A stretch of DNA of 64,000 nucleotides. It comes from a virus. The stretch spans positions 32,001 to 96,000 of the IMG/VR virus record IMGVR_UViG_3300036766_000359. One strand, given 5' to 3'. The position numbers and the translations under genes are program-made. The notes under the pieces were generated by a model. The model had not been told where the DNA came from. It made no database searches and was given only the letters and a program-made list of their open reading frames with translations. Every line of letters starts with the position of its first letter. Position 1 is the first letter of the stretch. Positions 56,517 to 64,000 of the stretch are shown here, piece by piece.

Positions 56517-59372
56517 CTACGAACATCCTGTCGTCGTACCACAAGATGAACATAGATAACACGAACCATTGCGTTGAGTCATGTTACCACATCGAGTGCA
56601 AGGCGGACCACCAAGATTCTTACGTGCTGGTTTAATCGGGATAGCGGAAGAAGGTGAGGGAATAATTGAACGAAAGACATCAGAATCAGGATCTTTGGAA
56701 ATACTTTCATTAATGTCTTCATGAGAATCATCAACGGTTCGTGTTAAGCCAGAGTACTCACCACCGTAATAATGGACATCGAGAACCTTGAACATGTAAT
56801 CATACAAACTCTTGGCAAACCGAACGTTCTTGTTTGTCGTTATGCCGGAAGGTTCAAATCGAGTATCGATGAAACTAATTATCAATTTTGGAAGCGGAAT
56901 TCCATACTGAATGGCAATAGAACAAAGTTGAGTAAAACCATCAATAAGACCAGAAACGGTGCTTCCTGGTTTACCGAGTTTAAGAAAGATCTCACCAGGA
57001 CGACCATCGGGATACTCACTAACTATGAGATATCCTTTATAACCATCAATTTCAAATTTATGACGCCAACTTTTAACATCTGACGGCATTTTCTCACGAT
57101 AGACGACAGGTACTTCTCGGATTACTTCTTGGATCCTAACTTCAGCCTCTTTCAAAGCTGCTTGTATTACAGGATCTTTAGCTTCCTTCGTAACGAGAGG
57201 CTGAGACGCCTTACACTTGTCACGATATAAGGCAATGCACTTTAATCCGAGACGCCATGATTCTTCATAAATTTTGGCGATCTCGTCTGAAGTGACGCCT
57301 TCAGGAAGATTAACTGTCTTACTCATTGCACATGTGATGAGAGGCTGTATTGCCGCCATCATCTTAATATGTGCCATTGGCGATAAATAACGTCCGGAGT
57401 CACCAGAAGGCATCGCGGTGTCAAAAACTGGAAGGTGTTCATCTTTCAGTCCAGGAGCACCATCAATCGTATCATGAGATTCAACGTACTTACATATCTC
57501 ATCAACTTCATCTTTTGAATAACCGAGATTAACGAGTGCCTCGCGAACTCCAAAGTTCACGAGCTTCATCACGCCGCCACCGACGAGAGACTTATATGAA
57601 ACAAGAGAGAAAGCCGGTTCAATGCCGGTCGTGTTCATACCCATCAAGAACGAGATTGTCCCAAGTGGCGCTTGAAGGGTAGCTTGTGAAACATTATACC
57701 CATACTTCTCACCAAGAGATATAGATTCACGCCAAATATCAGCAGACAAAGATGCTATATCATCACTGATTGGATCTTTTGAAAGATGCCAACGTTCAGT
57801 GATCTTCGTGTCTGCTTCCTGATGCATTCGCATGACACGAAGCATATCATCACGGTTCTTTTCATATTCTGAAAAAGTTCCGATTCGAGCTGCCATTTTT
57901 GACGAAGTTAAATATACGACTCCAGTCATGAGTGATGCCATTCGAGCTGCAATGGCACGACCTTCATCTGAATCGTAACCATAACCAAGATTCATTATTA
58001 GGGCACCAAGGTCACCATAGTTAGACCCGATCGGACGAAGTTTGTGTGAGTTAGAAGTTATCTCATCGGTCGGATAAGAAGCCTTCGCTATGATGGCCAT
58101 TTGTGATGTGCTAAAGATCCTGGTAGCCTGAATGAATCTATCAGCAACAAACTTACGACCGTCAAAAAACTTCGTCAAATTAATCGCGCAAAGATTACAA
58201 GCGGTGTTATCAATATGGAGGAATTCAGCGCACGGATTTGAGGCACGAATGCGACCACTCTTTGGTGTAGTGTGCCATTTGTTTATATTATCAGAAAACT
58301 GGATACCTGGGTCACCACATTTCCAAGCAGCGTCGGCAATTTCATGCCAAAGCATGCGAGCATTGTAGTTGTGAACTATCTTCCCGCCCTTACGTTCGCG
58401 GGTTTGCCAGGTCCCATCATCAAGCATGGATTGCATGAATGCATCAGGAACAGAAACTGAGTGATTAGCATTCTGGTACGGAACGATCTTATACGCACCA
58501 TTCGGGTTGTCGTATTCAGATGAATAACCAATCGATACAAGATCGTGAGCTAACTTTTCCGCCCAAGATTTGCATGAAATAAAACCAGGGCGACCATCAC
58601 GAGTTTCAAGAATGTCAGGATGGTCCATATCCATCACGACCATCTTGGCTGCATTTCTTGTAGCTCCACCAGATTTCATGGAACCGGCATAAGCGTTGTT
58701 ACCTTGCATCCAAGACATCGGGCCGGAAGTGTACGAACCTGCAGAAATTTTTTCATAAGAAGACCTGAGGTTTGATAAATTTGCCCCAGACCCTGATCCA
58801 CCACGAAAAATTGCAAGCTCAGACGCTTGAAAATGCATTATATCGTCAAGAGAGTCTTCAATGCCGGATATGAAACATGCGGAAGCAGTTTGCTCTCGCC
58901 CATCAATTCCGAGATTAAACCAAACAGGAGAATTGAAAGCTCCGTACTGATGCAATAACGCGTAAATGAGCTCTTCTTCAAAAACCTGTTTGTCTTGAAC
59001 AGTATTGAAAAATTTTTGATCAGAAGCCCAGTCACGAATCGTAGAACAAACGCGAGTGAATATCTGTTTTACAGAATTCTCACGTACACCACCAACGACA
59101 CGAAAATACTTATCTGCGACAACATTAACATTATTTTGGGTCCACCAAGCAGGGACCTCGATATCTTTTTGTTCAAAAATTATTTCGCCTTTACCGCTTC
59201 GAATGCAGGCATCAACAATTTTCCATTCAATTTGATCGAATGGATGAATACCTTCAGAGGTAAAAACACGAGGCCAATGTCCGGCTTCACGTGAAACAAT
59301 ATCTTTGCTTGACAACAAAGTCTTGTTAATACTAACAACCTGCGCGTCAGAAGTTACACTAGCGTTCGACAT
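56517..59372 (-). CDS. nrdJ: Class II (B12-dependent) ribonucleotide reductase with C-terminal zinc ribbon
   Basis: FNSP, SACFI, SNPCAE, CNL, APLGTIS..GIEP, PDGRPGEIF domain, terminal CxxC..RNGSCYxCxxCGxTTGCS. Confidence 0.93.
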   Translation of the reverse strand: MSNASVTSDAQVVSINKTLLSSKDIVSREAGHWPRVFTSEGIHPFDQIEWKIVDACIRSGKGEIIFEQKDIEVPAWWTQNNVNVVADKYFRVVGGVRENSVKQIFTRVCSTIRDWASDQKFFNTVQDKQVFEEELIYALLHQYGAFNSPVWFNLGIDGREQTASACFISGIEDSLDDIMHFQASELAIFRGGSGSGANLSNLRSSYEKISAGSYTSGPMSWMQGNNAYAGSMKSGGATRNAAKMVVMDMDHPDILETRDGRPGFISCKSWAEKLAHDLVSIGYSSEYDNPNGAYKIVPYQNANHSVSVPDAFMQSMLDDGTWQTRERKGGKIVHNYNARMLWHEIADAAWKCGDPGIQFSDNINKWHTTPKSGRIRASNPCAEFLHIDNTACNLCAINLTKFFDGRKFVADRFIQATRIFSTSQMAIIAKASYPTDEITSNSHKLRPIGSNYGDLGALIMNLGYGYDSDEGRAIAARMASLMTGVVYLTSSKMAARIGTFSEYEKNRDDMLRVMRMHQEADTKITERWHLSKDPISDDIASLSADIWRESISLGEKYGYNVSQATLQAPLGTISFLMGMNTTGIEPAFSLVSYKSLVGGGVMKLVNFGVREALVNLGYSKDEVDEICKYVESHDTIDGAPGLKDEHLPVFDTAMPSGDSGRYLSPMAHIKMMAAIQPLITCAMSKTVNLPEGVTSDEIAKIYEESWRLGLKCIALYRDKCKASQPLVTKEAKDPVIQAALKEAEVRIQEVIREVPVVYREKMPSDVKSWRHKFEIDGYKGYLIVSEYPDGRPGEIFLKLGKPGSTVSGLIDGFTQLCSIAIQYGIPLPKLIISFIDTRFEPSGITTNKNVRFAKSLYDYMFKVLDVHYYGGEYSGLTRTVDDSHEDINESISKDPDSDVFRSIIPSPSSAIPIKPARKNLGGPPCTRCGNMTQRNGSCYLCSSCGTTTGCS

Positions 59373-59381
59373 GTTACCCCA

Positions 59382-60296
59382 CTATTTAACATTATTTACC
59401 TCTTCTGACATCCGAATAATTTCAGATTCTAATCCAAAACGAGCTGATCCATCACCACGTTTATGCGCGATATCAAGATCACAAAGAGTACCGAGACTGG
59501 TCATAAGAAACTTCGTTGTCCATAAGTCTAGCCTTGTCAATAACAGTTTCTTAAGAATGAATGGATGAACACCAATAGATTTCGCCACGTCTCCAGTAAG
59601 ATTAAGCTCAAATGACTCACGAAGCTTTAGTTGCTGCACTACGTGACGTTGCATGTAAGCGATAATCCATCCGGTTTCATCAGCTCTTTCTTGAAGTTTA
59701 TCCAAATAAGCAATAGCTTTGTGTGTGTGACCGTCACATATGGCGTCAATAATGTCACGCGGGGTAACCTCTGTAGAAAAAACAATGAGAGATCGGGCTT
59801 CATCAGGAGAAACGATAGTACCAGGGGGAACAGATGCGGCAATTTTTTCGATTTCACGATGAAGCTTTCGCAGACACGTTCCTGAGTTCACAAAAAGAGC
59901 ACCCGCAATTCTGTTTAGATTTATGTTGAAAAAATCACCTTCCCTGATGATCCACTTAACGACATCATTATTATCCTGGAATGATTTCAATTTCGGAAAT
60001 ACAAAAGAACGTTTAGCTCGTTTATCTTGAAGGATGCGCTTTCCTGGAGGAGCAACACAGATAATGGTGTCCAATTCAGATCCAGGCAGAACGGGGATAT
60101 CCTTCACCCCCCATAAGATGAAGACACGGGATTTACCAGACATAAACTGAGTTTGAGAGTCATGTATATAAGACTCAAGATCATCTGGAATGTTATACTC
60201 AAAAGTTTCAGAAGCAAGAGACGAAAGCGCTTCCCGCCTCGCCTCCGTTTCCGATAAAAAGTCTTCTTCCCCGCTGATAAGAATTAACGAAGACAT
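59382..60296 (-). CDS. holA: DNA polymerase III delta subunit-like
   Basis: LILISGEEDF, L..EIEK, DIIDAI..G....A, GVHPF..KK, D...K.G C-terminal pattern. Confidence 0.78.
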   Translation of the reverse strand: MSSLILISGEEDFLSETEARREALSSLASETFEYNIPDDLESYIHDSQTQFMSGKSRVFILWGVKDIPVLPGSELDTIICVAPPGKRILQDKRAKRSFVFPKLKSFQDNNDVVKWIIREGDFFNINLNRIAGALFVNSGTCLRKLHREIEKIAASVPPGTIVSPDEARSLIVFSTEVTPRDIIDAICDGHTHKAIAYLDKLQERADETGWIIAYMQRHVVQQLKLRESFELNLTGDVAKSIGVHPFILKKLLLTRLDLWTTKFLMTSLGTLCDLDIAHKRGDGSARFGLESEIIRMSEEVNNVK

Positions 60297-60306
60297 GAAA
60301 AAGACA

Positions 60307-61116
60307 TTACACTCGAGTATCCGCTATCATTCTTGTCCAGTGAATTTCAGCATTAGCAGAAGTTGAACTAGAAAGAACACTACAAAATTTAAGAATTGGC
60401 AGCGATGCTGAGTGATCATGGAAGAATTGTTTACATGCGTAACGGATAACATGCATTATGGCATCCCTCGTGTCATTATGACCGTTTTCAAGATCGCAAA
60501 TAACCCTAGGTGGTTTAGTCATAATAGATACTTCACGTTTAGCTACGGAAACAATAGAATCATATAACTCGTCAAACCCACCATTTTCTACGATAATACG
60601 GTATAACTCGGGTAATCCCATGGCCATTTTGATGGCCGTGTCGGATACGGGTAAAAGAAGAGAAGATGCATACTCATACATCTCATCTAAGGAAACATGA
60701 TCCCACCTGAGTTCCGATCGAATTCTTGACGCTAGAGCTGGCTGTAAAGCCCCGACATCATAAGCTACGAGAACAATAGAAAGTAAACTCGGAGGGCTTT
60801 CTAGAAGCTTTAAAAGTGCATCCTGTGATGGTTCTGAGAGTCGATCAGCGTTATCAACGAGAATAACTTTCACTGAGCTGCCAACCGGACTCGTCATAGA
60901 AAATTCTACAACCTCACGAGAGCCGTCAACGCCCGGTTCCATTTCAATGAAATCGGCCTCATGAAGTTCATTCCGATATAATTCTACGGCGACCGATTTC
61001 TGACCAAGAAATCGGTCGCCAACAAGAGCAACAACCGTCGATCGGTGTCTAGCTAGTTGGGTCGGAATCGTTAGATCCCGAAGCGAGGATTGGAGTTTCT
61101 GGTTCCCAGGTATCAT
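60307..61116 (-). CDS. holB: DNA polymerase III delta-prime subunit-like
   Basis: Degenerate Walker A, KVILVDNADRLSEPSQDALLKLLESPP, LASRIRS. Confidence 0.82.
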   Translation of the reverse strand: MIPGNQKLQSSLRDLTIPTQLARHRSTVVALVGDRFLGQKSVAVELYRNELHEADFIEMEPGVDGSREVVEFSMTSPVGSSVKVILVDNADRLSEPSQDALLKLLESPPSLLSIVLVAYDVGALQPALASRIRSELRWDHVSLDEMYEYASSLLLPVSDTAIKMAMGLPELYRIIVENGGFDELYDSIVSVAKREVSIMTKPPRVICDLENGHNDTRDAIMHVIRYACKQFFHDHSASLPILKFCSVLSSSTSANAEIHWTRMIADTRV

Positions 61117-61249
61117 GTTGAAGTTGAATAGATGTTTTAACGATCGAAATCGTTATTTTGAAAGTACACCTACAACCAACACACACAAATATACCAGGAA
61201 GACCCGTCGACTCCAAGTTAGAACTGTCATCAGGACAGTATAGGATCAA
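61049..61249 (-). CDS. Possible small zinc-ribbon protein
   Basis: CPDD..CVGC pairs; overlaps the holB-like start. Confidence 0.35.
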   Translation of the reverse strand: MILYCPDDSSNLESTGLPGIFVCVGCRCTFKITISIVKTSIQLQHDTWEPETPILASGSNDSDPTS

Positions 61250-61443
61250 GTAGAAAAGCTCCCGCCGATCGGAACTGTCCAGGAATAATTACACAGTGTG
61301 CAACGGAATTGCACATGTTGAGAACCATCCGGCGTGAGTTTGTAAGCTTGCATACCGTTACATGATTGTCCGTGGGTAACAAGGTCACTTCCACGACGAC
61401 ATTTCATGTGGATAATAGGATGATCTGGTTTTTCAGCGGTCAC
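61246..61443 (-). CDS. Small zinc-ribbon-like protein
   Basis: C..C..FRCTLCNYSW; coupled to neighbours. Confidence 0.55.
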   Translation of the reverse strand: MTAEKPDHPIIHMKCRRGSDLVTHGQSCNGMQAYKLTPDGSQHVQFRCTLCNYSWTVPIGGSFST

Positions 61444-61811
61444 AGTTCACCTCGTCCAGCAAACTCTACCGCAAGATAAGGAGAAATGCGATCCTTCAAG
61501 TCTTGAATAGACTCTGACTGAAAAGCTGAAGCGCGTCCTGGACTAGTTCCCTGCATGAACAACTTCGCTATATTCTGACATATGGTGAAGTCTTCCTCTC
61601 GAAGAACAAATTTTTTCTTAACATACGAATAATGCGTAATGATTATTATATTTTTGGCACCATCAGGACTTAGTGCCAAAATGTAAGAAATATAAAACTG
61701 TCCGGTTATCAGACCAACGATAACATCGGGATAATCTCTAAGTATTACATCAAGAAATGGTGGTCTATCTAGATGGCCGTTTAGAACTCTATCTGCACGA
61801 GTCCCATCCAT
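61440..61811 (-). CDS. Hypothetical protein
   Basis: 123 aa ORF in the operon. Confidence 0.55.
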   Translation of the reverse strand: MDGTRADRVLNGHLDRPPFLDVILRDYPDVIVGLITGQFYISYILALSPDGAKNIIIITHYSYVKKKFVLREEDFTICQNIAKLFMQGTSPGRASAFQSESIQDLKDRISPYLAVEFAGRGEL

Positions 61812-61815
61812 GCCA

Positions 61816-63540
61816 TCACCAGTAGTTAACGGAGGCTATCCTGGATGCTATCGAAAAAACTGAAGCTTGATTATGTGATGGCAAAATCCATTCATGAAAA
61901 TCACTATCACTGATTGTGACCTCATTCCAACCAGGAATTTCATCTGGCGTTGCGTCAACTAGTTTTAAACTATAATAATTCTTATTACCCCTAGTAGGGT
62001 GAACTTTCACCACAATCCAGTTGTTTAAAGTTTTACGGTCTTTAAGAATAGAACCTTCAACAAGCTTTTGAGCTTTCGTTCCACTAAAGAATTGCGATGA
62101 TAAAATAGAAGCCTGTTGACGCTTATCCCTTATGGATTTTGTCGTCTTAGCAGAACCTTCGGGGTTTTCACTTGGTTTAATCGAGTCAACATCAACATCT
62201 TGACCCTTAAGTTTCTTAACAAGAGAGTCATATGACTTCTTATCTTTGTCAGAAATCGTTCCCTGTTCAGTCTCCCACTTAAAGCGAGAAATCTTACGTT
62301 CATCTATACCGCGCTGGTAAGACTCTTTCTCAGATTCCTTGGCCTGTTCAACCTTTTCAATTTCTCCTTCTACACCTTCATCAGTAAAGAAAGCGTCATA
62401 AAGAACTTGCTGCTGTGCAGGAGATAAAACTTCTTCAACGAAATCTGTGATTTTGGCTAAAAGCTTCTTACGAAGGTCACCAACGAAACCAGACCAGCGT
62501 TTTTTATTCTTCTCAACAACTGCCCTTCCAGACTCGGTTTCCATCAGTTTCTCTTCTAACTCTGAAGCCTGACCCATGTTTTCTTTAACATCGGAACCGA
62601 AACTACCTACGTCTTCATAAAATATCAGGTCAAACAGAGCACGTTCAGCGGTATCGAGTGTAGCCTGAAGATTCGGAACTTCTTCATCAAGAAGGTCCAT
62701 GAATTCTTTGATTGCCGCTTTATCGTCAAGGGCACGTCCGAGTTGCGAGTCTGAATCGGTAGGCATGCGACCTTCACCACCGGAAGCATCACCACCATCC
62801 TCTCCCCTCGTTCCGAAGGCCTCATCAATAGTTTTTAAACGCTGTCCCTTTCGACGAGCTTTTTCAGCAGGAATCTTTTTCGGGTCTTGACCATCAGCTT
62901 TTATAAATTTCTCAAGCTCATCCATTTCGGACTGTTCGCTTTCAGTCCATTTATACCGGTCCCTCTCACTTTGTTCCTTTTTCCACTTCAAGTCAGCGTA
63001 CACCTCAATATCAGACGGTTTAACCTTTTTAAACCGCCTCATAGACATCGACATTGCGGTAGTACGAACGTTGTTCAAAATGTTGTTTAGTGCCTGTTTC
63101 CAGTTTGGGGCACCTGGAGCACCTTTTTGCGTCGGAGCTCGAAAATCAAATTCTGGCTTATCTTGATACTTCGGGTGTTTTTTCGGATCCCATGACCCGC
63201 TAGATTTTTGTGTCTCAATATCTTCGAGTTCTTCTTCAGAAAACTTAGAAGTATCCACCCCTTTACGGGGCATAATTTTAAAAACGAATTCTTGAACGGC
63301 ATCGAGAGCTGAGGAATAATCGTTTTGCAACTCTTTCTTGGCCTTGTTGACCATGATGTTGCCAAGTTGAGTACCGGTCATGTCCATTTCAGACACTTGG
63401 TCGGGATACTGCCTCTTGAGAATATCAAGAACGTACCTACCGAGTTGTGTCTCAATGTCGGCAGCAAGCCGAAGCATGGTATATGCGAGACGGATTGAAG
63501 CGGATATATGAATCCGGTCATAAGTGGGCGTCATACCCAA
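61816..63540 (-). CDS. Large hypothetical protein, possibly a divergent sigma factor
   Basis: 574 aa ORF; segments resembling sigma regions 2, 3.2 and 4; RLAA and SIASRIAS at the termini. Confidence 0.6.
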   Translation of the reverse strand: MGMTPTYDRIHISASIRLAYTMLRLAADIETQLGRYVLDILKRQYPDQVSEMDMTGTQLGNIMVNKAKKELQNDYSSALDAVQEFVFKIMPRKGVDTSKFSEEELEDIETQKSSGSWDPKKHPKYQDKPEFDFRAPTQKGAPGAPNWKQALNNILNNVRTTAMSMSMRRFKKVKPSDIEVYADLKWKKEQSERDRYKWTESEQSEMDELEKFIKADGQDPKKIPAEKARRKGQRLKTIDEAFGTRGEDGGDASGGEGRMPTDSDSQLGRALDDKAAIKEFMDLLDEEVPNLQATLDTAERALFDLIFYEDVGSFGSDVKENMGQASELEEKLMETESGRAVVEKNKKRWSGFVGDLRKKLLAKITDFVEEVLSPAQQQVLYDAFFTDEGVEGEIEKVEQAKESEKESYQRGIDERKISRFKWETEQGTISDKDKKSYDSLVKKLKGQDVDVDSIKPSENPEGSAKTTKSIRDKRQQASILSSQFFSGTKAQKLVEGSILKDRKTLNNWIVVKVHPTRGNKNYYSLKLVDATPDEIPGWNEVTISDSDFHEWILPSHNQASVFSIASRIASVNYW

Positions 63541-63569
63541 GTAAAACGCACAAAGGGCTGAAGCAGTGA

Positions 63570-64000
63570 TTATATACCGGTTTGAATGCCGGTTTGAACG
63601 GCTTCCGAAGTACGATTATATAACGCGGCGCGTTGTATGGACGATGAAACGCGATTTTCCGTCATCATGTGACGGTGCGCGATCTCAGGTATACTAATAC
63701 CAGATTTATGCAACGCGTTGAAATACACCATCCTAGCAATGATGGCCGGTCCTACAAACACTTTTGGCGACAGCATATCGGAAACTGAACATCCATGCAT
63801 ATTTGCCGTTCGAATAGCCAGGGTTGAGTCATCACCACGAAGCTTTCTAAGCGCTGACTTACGGATTCGGTGGATTTTTTGAATCGATTTACCAAATTCG
63901 TCAGAAAAATCACGAATTGATTTATCCCCTAGGTCAATGTCAGTGATTACATTCATCTCGTCGACCGAGATATTGGCAACTTCCATAACACGCTCGAGGT
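63570..64000 (-). CDS. Sigma70 region-4-like HTH protein, probably 5'-truncated by the window edge
   Basis: Frame is open to the window end; SIRDFSDEFGKSIQKIHRIRKSALRKLR plus a second HTH SIPEIAHRHMMTENRVSSSI. Confidence 0.6.
   Translation of the reverse strand, partial: LERVMEVANISVDEMNVITDIDLGDKSIRDFSDEFGKSIQKIHRIRKSALRKLRGDDSTLAIRTANMHGCSVSDMLSPKVFVGPAIIARMVYFNALHKSGISIPEIAHRHMMTENRVSSSIQRAALYNRTSEAVQTGIQTGI

Overview
The window is a gene-dense fragment of a large tailed bacteriophage (jumbo-type Caudoviricetes; host not determinable), read in the standard bacterial code and mostly on the minus strand. Left ~38 kb is a head-morphogenesis and DNA-packaging module: HK97-type major capsid protein, decoration-like protein, acidic scaffold, intein-containing prohead protease, portal with two inteins, terminase large subunit and candidate small subunit separated by a GIY-YIG endonuclease, plus many unknown proteins that look like head contents. 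Right ~26 kb is a bacterial-style replication, repair and transcription module: DnaX/HolA/HolB clamp loader, sliding clamp, primase, 5'-3' exonuclease, Mre11 with a half Rad50, Cas4-like nuclease, RecD2, a split NAD-dependent ligase, class II ribonucleotide reductase, macrodomain, NusG and sigma-like proteins. The most unusual signals are: (1) LRV-repeat and PcfJ+LRV cassettes each bracketed by a duplicated peptide module, three times independently, within a set of proteins sharing an [RK]-[IVT]-A-[SQ] motif; (2) a sigma-factor-like protein carrying that motif at both ends; (3) two nuclease plus DNA-modifier fusions; (4) a ligase split into divergently transcribed halves. All calls come from reading motifs by eye; no database search was run. 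I saw no tRNA, rRNA or CRISPR array.
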